Below, one piece after another: positions 39,396 to 51,303 of a stretch of 64,000 nucleotides of DNA. The notes under the pieces are model-generated. The model searched no databases. It saw nothing but the letters and a program-made list of their open reading frames with translations, and was not told where the DNA came from. The position numbers were made by a program, and so were the translations under genes. The number at the start of each line of letters is the position of its first letter. Position 1 is the stretch's first letter. The stretch spans positions 576,001 through 640,000 of the forward strand of contig CAVRJO010000001.1 of assembly GCA_963722255.1 (NCBI GenBank). The letters run 5' to 3'. This DNA comes from Candidatus Babeliales bacterium (GTDB lineage: Bacteria; Babelota; Babeliae; Babelales; JANWKD01).

Positions 39396-42300
39396 ATGAT
39401 TATGATGGGTTGCAGATTGCAAAATCTTTATTATGTTCTTGAAGGATTTTTAAAAACAAATATCCCTCTTATAGGATGGAATGGTAGTTCATTAATCCCA
39501 TTCCTTGGTGCTGATGATATTGGTATCTATGTTATAATTCCCCAACTTGTCCGATTCTTTACTATAAATTTGGATCAAGCAATTAATCTCTTCTTTTATA
39601 CGCTTCTAGTCAGCAGTTTTTTATTAAGCTTATCTGGATTTTTTTTGTTATATAAAACATTTGTAACTCGTTGTATTGCAACAGGCTGGCTATTTTTTTT
39701 AGCATACTTCATTATGCGCTACAAAATTGGTGATGTATATCTTGCATATTGCATTGCGCATTTAGCAATTATTCCCTTATTTTTATATTTTATTACGTTT
39801 AAAAATTCGTCCTCACGAGCATTTTCATTCTATCTAATATTTGCAGGTATGCATTGTGGCATCTTACATTATATTCGTTCATTTTCAAGTCTTGGTGTGG
39901 TTATTTTTATGCTTTTTATACTTATCGCAGAAAAAAACTACCTCCTTAAAAAAAAGCTACTCTTATTAAGCTGCTTAGGCATTGGTATACTCTGTCCTTT
40001 TTTATATTTTAAAAATATTATTACAACCTATGAACAGTATGCCAGCAAAAATTTTACTTCATTCACTGAATTTCCAACAGTCCATCCCTTTTGGCACAAT
40101 ATATATTTGGGATTTGGTTTTTTAAATTTTGAAAATATTACCAAAATACAAATGAATGATGAATATGCTTGCTTAAAGGTCCAAGAAACTCATCCTGGCC
40201 TTACATTGGTAGATACTACACCCTACGAAGCGGTATTAAAAAATGAAGTAATTTCTTTATGTACAAAACGACCAATGTATGTTCTATTTACCGTTTTTGC
40301 AAAGCTTGGCATCCTCTTTTTATATCTTCTTATTTTTGCAAATCTTGGTATATTAGTGTTTTTCTAAGGCCTAAAAACTGGCTTCTTGAATTGGCATTTT
40401 TCATAGCAGGAATAGCAAATATGATTGTTCCAATAATTTCCGCTCCTTATTATTGGTATTCATTGGGGTTCATAACCATAGCATCTTTATATGGTATCGT
40501 AAGTTGCAATGAGGCAATAAGAAATTTAATATTTCGTCGGGTAAAGGCGGTGATTAACTCCCGTCCTCCCACACCACCGTACAAACCGTTCGGTATACGG
40601 CGGTTCATTAAGCGTGCGCAATTCCATTATATCTTTCAACCAAGACTTACAAGCCCTTGTTCTTCCAAGAACTTATTGCCAAACGCCGTATTCATCTGTT
40701 GTGTTTTTGCGAGTCTCCAGTATTTCTTCCCTGAGCTGCTATATTTGCAGCCCATTTTTCGGACACCCCGTTGCAATCAGGTTGCGTCTCATTGTTTTAC
40801 TGGTTCTTCCATTGTTTCAGTAGGCACATCCTCATTCTTCTACGTATCCATCCATCAAATTCTTCGAATATACTTGGTGTTTGGATGATCCCGAAGTAGC
40901 CACACCAACCATTCAGAAATTCATTTAGTTTTCTTATACGTTCTTTAATTGATATTCCCCAACTGCGTTACGTAAGTTGCGAATTTTCTCTTTAAACGTT
41001 TAATACTTCTTCGGCGCTATTCGCACCCGAACTTCCTTATCGACGGTGAATGAGAATCCAAGGAACTTTCGTTGCCATGGTTGTCTACCGCGCTTTTGGT
41101 TGCGTTTACTTTTAGTTTGAGTTGTTTTTCTACGAATCTTCGTTACATTTGCATACACTCGTTCACCTGCACGTTTGCTTTTGACGTATATATTACAATC
41201 ATCAGCATAACGTACAAACGATGTCCTCTTTCTGTAAGTTCTATGTCGAGTTCATTAAGCATGATGTTTGCCAGAAGTGGACTTATTGGGCCCCCTTGCG
41301 GTGTTCCTTCTTCTGATGCAACACAGACAGCCGTTTAGCATTACTCCTGCTTCAAGATATCGCGACAATTGCTTATTATGCGTTTTCTTCGTTATCTTCT
41401 GCTATTTTCCCATCAGTATATCGTGGTTAACTCGATCGAAGAACTTCTCAAGTCAATGTCCACTACAATTCTTTTCCTTTTTTTATGTAGCTTTGCGCTT
41501 TTCACAGCTTGCCTTGCACTTTTGCCTGGGCGAAATCCATAACTGTAGTCTGAAAATGTTGGTTCGAAGATTGGTGTTAGGACTTGTTGAATTGCCTGTT
41601 GGATAAAGCGATCGAGTACAGTTGGAATCCCTAATAGCCTCACTCCACCGTCTGGTTTCGGGATTTCGACTCGACGTACTGGAGCTGGTTTATAGGTTCC
41701 TTTAAGAAGCTGTTCTTTGATCGATTGCCAGTTTTGTTTAAGATATGGGCGCAATTCTTGACTCCCATACCATCTATTCCTGGCGCACCATTGTTGCTCC
41801 ACGCGTTTTAATGCTTTCTTCACATTCTCGTACTCAACCACTTTTTCCATCAGGTTGATTATAATGATTTGCGAGATATCTTTATTGGTTTGTGTCATGA
41901 GTATCTCTGCGCTTCATGAGGCCCTGGTGAATTCACCACGTTTTCCTCTGATGGTTCTCTTTTTTTTGGATTTTCTGCATTCATTGCATTCTCGTATGTA
42001 CTTACCAATTCATACTTTATCATTAATGTTCGGGCCTTCCCAAGTTTTTTTTTCCGGTACTATGCCCTCTGCTGACTTCTGTCCACTCAATCCTCTTTTT
42101 TTTTCGCGGAGGGTTGCCAACTTAGTCGGCTTGTTCACAGATCTCCCCGGGTAATTGCGCGACCTTTCATCTCCATCTACCTGCTCTATATACTCTCGAT
42201 GGCTTTGGCAACATGGATTTTGTCTTGTGTGGCAGACTCATCCAGCTATCGCTAGCCTCTATAGAGCTTCGTGTTCCTCAGGCCGGAAATTTGCCGCCGG

Positions 42301-42453
42301 CTTCCTTCAGATTCCACCTCGCGATGGACACCCTTGCCTTAAGCTAATGACTACGTTGCCTTCGCCATTCGGGACTTTCACCTATAGGTCGCGCCCATGC
42401 CGGGCGCACCAAAAAAATCTGCTTGTAAAACACAAGCAATTCAATTTTCATAA
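39396..42453 (+). pseudogene. Polytopic membrane protein (GT-C-like candidate); T-run frameshift at about 40360 and intron in the last codons
   Basis: Paralog of 47727..48917; one extra T in the T5 run restores GILVFFLRPKNW; removing the intron gives ...[20 protein letters not shown] ending at 42453. Confidence 0.75.
40536..42409 (-). mobile_element. Group IIC intron with decayed RT/maturase ORF
   Basis: 5' GTGCGCCCGGCATGGG; domain V GAACCGCCGTATACCGAACGGTTTGTACGGTGGTGT; 3' CCCGAC; RT fragments IPKPDGGVRLLGIPTVLDR, SYGFRPGKS, GTPQGGPISP, RYADD in several frames; inserted just after a stem-loop/T-tract. Confidence 0.93.
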
Positions 42454-42466
42454 AAAAAGGAAAATA

Positions 42467-44222
42467 ATGAAGCTGTCGAAATTAATTTTTGTAACAATGT
42501 CCGCAGGTTTTTCATTTATATTATTTCCAAAGCTACATGATATTACAATAGACCTCTTCTGAAACTATAAATTTTGTGGTAAACTTATAATTGATTTGAA
42601 AAGAAAGGGTAAGCGATTATGAAGTATGAAAATTTAAAAATTTATCAGAAGAACACTTTAGAAGAGTGACTGGTGTAAAACGAAAAACATTTGAAAAATT
42701 GGTATATATTTTAAAAGAAGCTCAAAAAAAAAAAAAGTCAAAGGGTGGACGTCCAAATAAACTCAGTATTGAAAAAATGCTTTTGATGACTCTTGAATAT
42801 ATAAGGGAATATCGAACGTATCTTCATATTGCGACAAGTTATGGCATTGCTGAAAGCAATACATTTGAAACAATACGATGGGTTGAAAATACACTTATTA
42901 AAAGTAAAGAATTTAGATTGCCAGGGAGAAAGGCTTTACTGAAAAGTGAAAATGAGTTTGAAATTATTTTAATAGATGCAACTGAAAGTCCTATTGAACG
43001 TCCAAAAAAAAACAGCGGTAATTTTATTCTGGAAAAAAAAAACGTCATACGAAAAAAACGCAGGTAGTGGTAGATAAAAAAACAAAAGAGATTGTTTGTA
43101 TAGATTATACAAATGGTAAACGGCATGATTTTAATCTTTTTAAAAATTCAAAAGTACATTTCGAAAAATCTACTGAAGTACTTACAGATACAGGTTTTTT
43201 GGGTCTATAAAAAATTCATAACAATACAGAGATGCCAAAGAAGAAAAGTAAAAAAAATCCTTTGACATGAGAAGAAAAAGAAAGAAATAGAGAATTATCA
43301 AGTGAGAGAGTATTAAATGAGCATGTAATTGGAATGGTAAAACGATTTAAAATATTTGATAATAAATATCGAAATAGAAGAAAAAGATTTGGGATGCGTT
43401 TTAATCTGATTGCGGGTATTTATAATTTTGAGTTGGTAAAATGAGTTTCAGAAGAGGTCTAATATATTCCTCTGATTATTCTAATGTTGGATTCGGCTAT
43501 AATGATAGCAATATGAAAACTAATGGAGAATATACTGTCATTAAAGAATTAATTATGCCGAATGATATTCTTTTTGATATTGGCGCCAATCGAGGTGAAT
43601 CGGAGTTTGGCAGTATATATCAACAGTACCAACTATTAACCAAATCTATGCATTTGAACCAATTCCAACGATTTTTAATATATTGCAAGAGAACATATCA
43701 AATAATCCAGTAAATGCCTATCAATTAGCTATGAGCGATGTTACTGGTGTACGAGAGTTTTTATATTATCCACAAAATGAAAATGTATCTGAATTGAGTG
43801 GTTTCTATTTACGCCCTATTCTCTATGACTTATTAGGTATAACACCAGAACCCATTAACGTTAATTGCTCTACATTAGACACATTTTGTTTTGAAAAAAA
43901 CATACACCATATCGATTTTTTAAAAATTGATACAGAAGGATCAGAACTAGCAGTTTTAAGCGGCGCACAAAAGCTTTTAAAAGCTCAGCAGATTAAACAG
44001 ATTCAATTTGAATATGGTGGTACTTATACTGATGCAAAAATAACTCTTAAGCAGGTAATGACCTTGTTAACTCATTATAAATATGTTCTCTTTAGAGTTT
44101 TCGATAGTGGACTTATCCATATAACAAATTGGAATGATACTTTAGAGAATTATGCGTATTCTAATTACATAGCTATACAAAAAGAACACGCATATCCTTT
44201 TACCTTGATTGAGAATCTATAA
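42467..44222 (+). pseudogene. FkbM-family methyltransferase interrupted by IS and frameshifted
   Basis: MKLSKLIF...HDITI|YSSDYS..NGE..FDIGANRGE, then frameshift near 43600 to IYAFEP...IDFLKIDTEGSE...IQFEYG. Confidence 0.85.
42550..43460 (+). mobile_element. IS5-family (ISL2-group-like) element, copy 2, degenerate
   Basis: Same TIRs as 11099..12010, AAT flanking duplication; N-terminal frameshift and internal TAA/TGA stops. Confidence 0.93.
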
Positions 44223-45145
44223 GAGCCTGTCTGAAAATTAAATTTTTCTGAAAACGATGACTAGACAAGCAAATTGAACTAGCCCAAGAAAGTTTTTAGA
44301 TAGCTTGTCATAACGAATGAAAACGCGTCTGAATCGATTCATCCAAGAAAATGTTCTTTCAACAACCCACCGTATTGGATCTTTATTTGTTGTAACTCGA
44401 GGTTTATTTTTGGGTTTTTTTAATGGCATTACCGGCGTAAAGTTTCGTTTAATAGCTTCTTCCTTATTTTTTTTAGATACGAAGCCCTTGTCAGTGCGAA
44501 GATAATGATTTCTTGATTGTGGGATTTGATACTGTAAATTATCAATAAGAGGAACAAATAATTGCGTGTCATGTCGATTTCCACCCGCAACGGTAGCGCT
44601 AAGAGGAAGTCCCAATTCTTCAACAACAAGATTTAATTTGGAGCCCAATTTTCTTCTATCAACAGGGCTAATTCCCGTTTTGTCTCCTCCAAGAGGCGCT
44701 TTTTTATGGCATGAATCTATAGATTGATTTTCAAGACGAAGTCCTTTTGTTCGATCATAGTGCATTAAAATTGATTTCCAAATTTTTTGAAAAGCATTTG
44801 CTTTAACTAGTTCTCTAAATCTGTGATAAACGGTTTTTGCTGGACCAAAGCATTTGGGCAGCGCATCCCACTGACATCCTGTCTTGAGTAAATAATATAT
44901 TCCTGCTATTAATGGATCATTATCTGAACGTGGTCGACCTATTTTACTTGGTGGCATATAGACTGCAATAAAATTATGAAATTCTTGTAAAAGTTCTTTA
45001 GATATGACATATTTTGATGGTATAATTTCTTCGTAATTTAAATGCTTCATATGAAAAAATCCTTCTTTGTTTGTGTAGTAACAACAAGAGGGATTTTATT
45101 TTTTTTATTTATTTTTTCAACTGCCTTGAGTTTTCAGACAGGCTC
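44223..45145 (-). mobile_element. IS5-family element, intact, copy 1 (transposase 44238..45050)
   Basis: TIR GAGCCTGTCTGAAAA / TTTTCAGACAGGCTC, TAA duplication; KTGCQW..LP, IDS, DKGF, RWVVERTFSW. Confidence 0.95.
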
Positions 45146-45213
45146 TAAAGCTGCTTATGAAAAATAACTATTACTGCAGTTGAACTTTCGCGTAGTAATT
45201 TATCAAATTTTTC

Positions 45214-46089
45214 TTACAAAGAAGCTTGAAAGTCTTTGATGAGATCAACCCAATAATCCATATATAATTTATCGAAATTATATGTTTTATCCTTCATTTC
45301 TTCATAGCATTTCATCAAATATGCTGGAGTAACATCTTCCCACTCATTAACAATAATTACCGGTAAATCTTCATACAAAGGATCTAATGTTGAGGTTTTA
45401 ACAACAGGTATTGAACCAACGAGCAAGGTCTCCCAAGTTCTATGACAATCAAGTCCTCCACCAAATGGACTTAGAATAAAAGCAAACTCTTGAATCTCAA
45501 ATAAAAAATCTCTTATCGGTTTTAATGAAGCAAGTTCAACAAAGGGCTTATTTTTAAAGATTGCATAGACATTATTTCTTCCCGGTGTCGTCAATGCAAT
45601 ATTAACATACAATGTATCAAAATTTTTCTTTACCGGATGCATTTCCATATAATCAAGTATTTCATCAAACATTTTGGGATCTCCTTTGGGCCATTTTGGA
45701 TAATTTGGAAGACCAATTGGAATTACCGTAAACTTAGGATGAGGATTAATATTACAATTTTGACCAAACCACATCAAAATCATTGGATCTTCAAGAAAAC
45801 GGCTATAATTACCAGGCGCAGAATAATCACCATTATGCGTTATCAATATGAAGGGATTTTTAAATCGATTGAAAACATTACTAAAAAAATAATCAAGATA
45901 ACATATATCACAATAAACTATACTCTTTGCTGGAACACGCGAAGGATCAAAGGGACAATAGTAGTTGTCAATTTTATATGTTGCCAAATCTCTAAATTTA
46001 TTTCCTGAAATGTAATGTCTTTCTTTACTTTCAAGTTTCATTGAATTTACAATAAAAACTAGTATCAATAAGTGCTTTAGATACTTCAT
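45214..46089 (-). CDS. Exostosin/GT47-like glycosyltransferase-domain protein
   Basis: FILITHNGD, IPIGL, LSPFGGGLDCHRTWETLLVGSIPVV, LP; signal peptide. Confidence 0.75.
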   Translation of the reverse strand: MKYLKHLLILVFIVNSMKLESKERHYISGNKFRDLATYKIDNYYCPFDPSRVPAKSIVYCDICYLDYFFSNVFNRFKNPFILITHNGDYSAPGNYSRFLEDPMILMWFGQNCNINPHPKFTVIPIGLPNYPKWPKGDPKMFDEILDYMEMHPVKKNFDTLYVNIALTTPGRNNVYAIFKNKPFVELASLKPIRDFLFEIQEFAFILSPFGGGLDCHRTWETLLVGSIPVVKTSTLDPLYEDLPVIIVNEWEDVTPAYLMKCYEEMKDKTYNFDKLYMDYWVDLIKDFQASL

Positions 46090-46229
46090 ACTATTCCTTT
46101 CTTAACAATAGATTGAACCATTCTTTTGATATTTTATCCTTTTTTTTAAACTTGACAAATAAATAAGTTTATTATTCGCTATCAAAGATTTAACCCTTAA
46201 ATAGATCAATATATGAGAGGTTCTTCCCT

Positions 46230-47711
46230 ATGAAGTTAATTTCACTCTATTCATTGCTAGTGCTTTCAAACCTATATATTAGTATTCAGTCAAATCAAAA
46301 TTTACCTGAAAAAAAAATTGTTATTGTTATACCTTCCTATAACAATCCACTCAAATTTACACGTGAATGTTTAGAATCTGTTCTTATGCAAAAATATTCA
46401 AATTATGAAATACTATTTTCGGATGATTGCTCGCCCCAACCAAATATTGAACAAATTCATAAACAACTTATTGCAGAACTTGATATGCATAAGAGAATAA
46501 CGTATAGACGAAATAAGCAACGATTGGGTCCACTTGGCAATAGATGGAATGCAATTCATAGTATCAATCAAGATAATATCGAAGATAATAGAAATATAAT
46601 TGTGGCAAATTTGGATGGAGACGATATATTTCTTCGTTCTGATGCACTTACAATAATTAATGAAATGCACGAATATGCATGGACTACGTGGGGAAGCTTC
46701 AGTATTTTACCGTCAAAAAATATTTATAGCGCATGCCAACCCGTTCCTGCACATGTTATCGCTCAAAACAACTGGCGTTCATGTCCCATTAGTTTAAGCC
46801 ATGTACAAACCTATCGGCTCAGTTTACTCAAAGATCTGCCATTATATACCTACCTTTATCATGGTAATTTTTATCCTGCAGCAACTGATCTTCAGTCTAT
46901 ATGGGGAGCATGTGAAAAGTCAGGCATTCATACTGCATTTAATCCCATACCTGTCTATGGATACCGCTTACACCCACAAAATGAAATGAACCGTGAAGAA
47001 GGCCGCAAAGGAGCCGATTGCCTTGCTCATGCTAAAGCACAAACCCCATTTCAACCATTACAAGCACTTCCTTTTCAACGACCTTTAGATTCATATCATG
47101 CTGATTTGATTATATTCTCTGAAAATGATCCGTTAACACTTTCTGAGATTTTACAAGCAGTAAAAAAAAATATACCCGATCTGCAAACGACTTTTGTACT
47201 CTACAAAAAAAATGAACAATTTAGTCACACCTATGATTGTCTAAGGTCAAATTATCCTGATATTCGTTTTATTGAATTTTCGCTTAATTCAGATGAAAAT
47301 TTAAAAAATTTATTATTAGATTGTTTAAAGGCTTCGACAAGTGACTATGTTCTATTCTTACGAAATGAAATCCCTAAAACTTTTCTACCAATTAAAAATT
47401 GTATCCGAGCTTTACTAAAAACACATGGCTATATGTTTTATACTTGTTCAGAAAATTTACCCAGCGATAACCTCATCGATATCGATGATACCATGGTTGC
47501 TTGGAGCTTCGATGCCCTCAATAACAGAGCAAAAAATTGGCATCTGAATAAATTTTTCAATCTAACTTTATTTGCAAAAAAACAAATCATAGAATCTTTG
47601 TTTTCAGTGAAGCATAGTACCATCAACACTATTGAATCTCAATGGAATAATTATGTAAACACACAACAAAATACGATTGGCTTAGGATTTTCACCATGCA
47701 TTATAGAATAA
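46230..47711 (+). CDS. GT2-family glycosyltransferase + degenerate second GT-A-like domain
   Basis: IVIPSYNN, SVLMQKY, DDCS, NLDGDD; C-half paralogous to 48940..50001. Confidence 0.85.
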   Translation: MKLISLYSLLVLSNLYISIQSNQNLPEKKIVIVIPSYNNPLKFTRECLESVLMQKYSNYEILFSDDCSPQPNIEQIHKQLIAELDMHKRITYRRNKQRLGPLGNRWNAIHSINQDNIEDNRNIIVANLDGDDIFLRSDALTIINEMHEYAWTTWGSFSILPSKNIYSACQPVPAHVIAQNNWRSCPISLSHVQTYRLSLLKDLPLYTYLYHGNFYPAATDLQSIWGACEKSGIHTAFNPIPVYGYRLHPQNEMNREEGRKGADCLAHAKAQTPFQPLQALPFQRPLDSYHADLIIFSENDPLTLSEILQAVKKNIPDLQTTFVLYKKNEQFSHTYDCLRSNYPDIRFIEFSLNSDENLKNLLLDCLKASTSDYVLFLRNEIPKTFLPIKNCIRALLKTHGYMFYTCSENLPSDNLIDIDDTMVAWSFDALNNRAKNWHLNKFFNLTLFAKKQIIESLFSVKHSTINTIESQWNNYVNTQQNTIGLGFSPCIIE

Positions 47712-47726
47712 AAATAAAGGGGAAAA

Positions 47727-48917
47727 ATGAATATTATGGCGGATCGCCTTCGTTATCTACAACAAATTATTGATGGTTTCTTACAAACAAAAACACCTTT
47801 ACTATTATTTGATGGCAAAAGTTTGTTTCCTTTTTTTACTTTTGATGACATTGGTATATATGTTTTTATTCCCCAATTAGTAAGATTTTTTGGCATAACT
47901 TTAGATCAAGCAATTAATATTTTTTTCTATGGCTTTTTAACCAGTTCATTCTTACTTGGCCTCATTGGATTTTTATTGCTCTATAAATCTGCCATAACCA
48001 AATTTATTGCAACGACTGGATTACTCTTACTATTCTACTTTGTTATTAAATTCGAAATAACTGATGTCTACCTTGCTTATTTAGCTTCAGCTGTATCTAT
48101 CATTCCTTTATCATTGTATTTTACAATGAATAATACAAAATCAATTTTATTCTATTTTTTCACGATTTTTTCGGGTCTAATAGTTGGAACGTCCCACTAT
48201 ATACGAGCATATTCAGGCCTTGCTCCGTTAATCTTCCTTATTATTCTATTGATTTTCAATAGTACAATAAACGGTATGAAGAAATTTTTGTTACTTATTT
48301 GTATTGTTCTAGGAATGACAGGCCCTTATTATTATTTCAATCAAATTATCCATCAGAACAAACAATTTGCAGAACAGCATTTCCCTGATTCAAATCAAAT
48401 AATTCATCAACATGTCTTTTGGCATCCTATTTATTTAGGATTTGGTTTTTTAAACTGCATGAATGAAGACAATATTCAATACAAGGATAGCTTCGGTCTT
48501 GAAAAAGCAAAAAAACATAATCCTGCTATTTCTTTTGAAAAAACTAAAGAGTATGAAGAAATTATAAAAAATGAAACATTCTTACTTTGGAAAAAACAGC
48601 CTTGGTTTGTTTTATTTACTATTTTTGCAAAAATCGGAGTATTATTGTTTTTTTTCCTGCTTTTTTCAAACTTTGGATCAATTGCTGCATTCTGTTTTCC
48701 TAAACCATGGTATATCGAAGTTGCATTTCTAGCCAGCTTTGGCATTAACGCACTATTTCCCCTACTAGCTGTACCTTATATTGCATATTCTATAGGATTT
48801 ATCGCCGTTGCAACTTTATATGGAATCGTAAGTATTAATCATGCAATTAGTTTCATTAACTTTAAAAAAATTATAGAGAATAGCAGAAGATTAATAAGCA
48901 ATATTGGAATACAATAA
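47727..48917 (+). CDS. Polytopic membrane protein (GT-C-like candidate)
   Basis: About 10 hydrophobic segments; DDIGIY, HYIR, H.FWH.IYLGFGF conserved with 39396. Confidence 0.7.
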   Translation: MNIMADRLRYLQQIIDGFLQTKTPLLLFDGKSLFPFFTFDDIGIYVFIPQLVRFFGITLDQAINIFFYGFLTSSFLLGLIGFLLLYKSAITKFIATTGLLLLFYFVIKFEITDVYLAYLASAVSIIPLSLYFTMNNTKSILFYFFTIFSGLIVGTSHYIRAYSGLAPLIFLIILLIFNSTINGMKKFLLLICIVLGMTGPYYYFNQIIHQNKQFAEQHFPDSNQIIHQHVFWHPIYLGFGFLNCMNEDNIQYKDSFGLEKAKKHNPAISFEKTKEYEEIIKNETFLLWKKQPWFVLFTIFAKIGVLLFFFLLFSNFGSIAAFCFPKPWYIEVAFLASFGINALFPLLAVPYIAYSIGFIAVATLYGIVSINHAISFINFKKIIENSRRLISNIGIQ

Positions 48918-48939
48918 AATAATCAAAAAAGGAAACAGA

Positions 48940-50001
48940 ATGGGTTTAAAACAAATCTTTAATATTTTGTTTATAATAATAATTTTCATTAGCCCTTGCA
49001 TTACCTTACCTACTATTTTAGAGCATACTGATTATAAACAAAAAAATATTGTCATCTTTCCTTCATCTGATGAACACTTAGAAACTACTCATCAGCAATT
49101 TGTTGACTTTAATCGAAAAACGAATTTAATTATTTTTTCATACAAGCGCCCTATGCAATTATATGCACTTCTTGAATCCCTCCAAGAATATGTTACCGGG
49201 TTAAATCAAATTATGGTGCTTTATCGAGCCGATGACGAACGTTATGAACAAGCATATAACTCAGTTAGAGCTGATTTTGAAAACATACTATTTGTTCAAC
49301 AATCAAAATATAACCCACATTCTGATTTTAAACCCTTATGTATGGATTTATTAAATTCTTATGAAAGTGACTACATTATGTTTGCAACAGATGATAATCT
49401 TGTTAAAGATTATGTATCCATAACGGATTGCATTCAAGCCTTAGAACAAACTAAAATTTATTTTAATCCTCAAGAAAAATCTATCGAAGGGCTGGAACAA
49501 ATTCATGCTTATGGTTTTTATTTACGCCTTGGCAAAAACTTACATCATTGTTATCCTATGAATTCTCAACAAGCAATCCCCTTTTTAACCACTTTAAATA
49601 AATCTATATTTGCCTGGCAAATTATAGAATCTGAAGGCTCACTAACCTATGATTGGAGCTATCCCAATACGGTTGATATGACCATTTATCCTAAGCAACA
49701 GATCATAAATACTCTGCAAACTATAGAGTTCACTAATCCAAATACTCTTGAAGGAAATTGGGCCCGGTTGGCTAACCACAATTCATCAAAAATCGGACTC
49801 TGCTTTGAAAGGTCTAAAATTGTAAATATTCCGATGAATAGAGTCCAAGATGTCTCGCCAATAAATAGAAATATGGATCAAGATCCTCAAGAACTCCTAG
49901 AACTTTTTGAACAAGGATTTAAAATAGATCGTAGCCCTCTTCATCAATGGCAAAACAGCTCTGCACACGCTGAATGTCAGTTTGTGTTTAAGCAACGTTA
50001 A
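48940..50001 (+). CDS. GT-A-like glycosyltransferase with signal peptide
   Basis: IIFS.KRPMQL, YIMFATDD, GFYLRLG, PNTLEG, VNIP.NRVQ; located in the glycan locus. Confidence 0.65.
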   Translation: MGLKQIFNILFIIIIFISPCITLPTILEHTDYKQKNIVIFPSSDEHLETTHQQFVDFNRKTNLIIFSYKRPMQLYALLESLQEYVTGLNQIMVLYRADDERYEQAYNSVRADFENILFVQQSKYNPHSDFKPLCMDLLNSYESDYIMFATDDNLVKDYVSITDCIQALEQTKIYFNPQEKSIEGLEQIHAYGFYLRLGKNLHHCYPMNSQQAIPFLTTLNKSIFAWQIIESEGSLTYDWSYPNTVDMTIYPKQQIINTLQTIEFTNPNTLEGNWARLANHNSSKIGLCFERSKIVNIPMNRVQDVSPINRNMDQDPQELLELFEQGFKIDRSPLHQWQNSSAHAECQFVFKQR

Positions 50002-50061
50002 AAACGCAAAAAGCTTCACATAAAAAATTGGAAGCTCCTTTTAAAGTTATCTAAATTTTTT

Positions 50062-50763
50062 TTAGTTTTGAACTAACTCTTTTCTTACAAAAAGTACATC
50101 ACCAAAAGTACTATGATGCATAATTTTTTTAACAACTACAAAACCTTGTTCTTCCATCCAGGCTTTAAATTCATCAAACAATGGAGCATCCTTATAAAGA
50201 TTTGTATAGCTTACTTCGGTATAAACAACTTTCACCGTCCTAAAAATCTTTGGTGAAGCTTTTAATACCATTGGCTCAACGCCTTGTAGATCAAACCACA
50301 AAAGATCTATATGATCGATGCCCATTTCTTCAGCCCATCTATCTAATGTTGTTGTTTCGACCATTATATTATTTTGAAACGTTATATGTGGAAAATAAGT
50401 AAGATGTTCAACGGGCTGCAATAAAGAACTTGACTGATCTCCTCCATAGCTAATAAACATAGAAACCTCACCAACTTCATCACTCAGCGCCTTTTGCATA
50501 CATATAACATTTTTACAACTTTGAGTATTTGCAATCAACCGTTTAAATATGTGAGGAACAGGTTCAAATGCATAAATCATACCTTCAGGCCACAAGCGGC
50601 TCATTTCTTGCGTATCAGTCCCATCAAATGCACCGGCATCAACCACTATGGGATTTTTTGGTAAAAATTTTGCAATTGAATTTTTTGATAGATTTTCTGC
50701 CTGAATAGTAATAGTTCTAAAACTAACAAAGACTAAAATCGTATATAACGTTTGCTTATTCAT
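50062..50763 (-). CDS. FkbM-family methyltransferase with signal peptide
   Basis: VDAGAFDG, YAFEP, IDLLWFDLQGVE, YTEV. Confidence 0.92.
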   Translation of the reverse strand: MNKQTLYTILVFVSFRTITIQAENLSKNSIAKFLPKNPIVVDAGAFDGTDTQEMSRLWPEGMIYAFEPVPHIFKRLIANTQSCKNVICMQKALSDEVGEVSMFISYGGDQSSSLLQPVEHLTYFPHITFQNNIMVETTTLDRWAEEMGIDHIDLLWFDLQGVEPMVLKASPKIFRTVKVVYTEVSYTNLYKDAPLFDEFKAWMEEQGFVVVKKIMHHSTFGDVLFVRKELVQN

Positions 50764-50971
50764 CTAAAAACTCTTTTTGTTTGATTTTTTATTATTTCAC
50801 TACTACAAATATTTTTAATTAAGAATATAATCACTCCTTTCGAATATCTTTAATCATCTCTCGAGAGATTAGTAGTAAATAATAGTATATGTCAAATTAT
50901 TAGCGAGGATAAAATTTTCATACCATTTGATTTTATAAATTTTTACGCATAATTTTTTATAGTTATAAAAA

Positions 50972-51259
50972 ATGAAGAGATATAGTGGAATGATTTTGGG
51001 TGAACTTGAGAAAAGAATATTTACATTAACTTCACCAGAAATAATTCAAAGTCTGTTCAAAGCCTATAATTATAAATACGAAAAGCGTTATGCAGAAGCA
51101 GCAGAGCAGTTTTATAATGCACTTAAATTAGGGTGAACATCTTCTAAAATTCATCGATATGCCGAAGAAATGTATACATTATCAAAAAAAATAAGAAACG
51201 TTACACGCACACCAAATAATTGTATTCAGAATATATTTTTTATAGTATTTTACACTTAA
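50972..51259 (+). pseudogene. Small TPR-like fragment with in-frame TGA at 51134
   Basis: AYNYKYEKRYAEAAEQFYNALKLG*TSSKIHRYAEEMY. Confidence 0.35.
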
Positions 51260-51303
51260 ATAATTCGACAAACAATTGCTGAAACAATAATAAATCAATA
51301 AAG

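Noticed and set aside
40536..42409. RT as retron, DGR or defence RT
   Set aside because: Canonical group II 5' end, domains V/VI and a IIC-type target site identify it as an intron.
40614..42466. Plus-strand ORFs 40614, 41072, 41268, 41855 and 42155
   Set aside because: Antisense shadows of the intron; only the tail of 42155 (from 42467) is the real FkbM start.
50972..51259. TGA recoding (Trp/Sec) or alternative genetic code
   Set aside because: TGA serves as a true stop elsewhere (several ATGA overlaps) and Trp is TGG throughout; more likely a decayed fragment.
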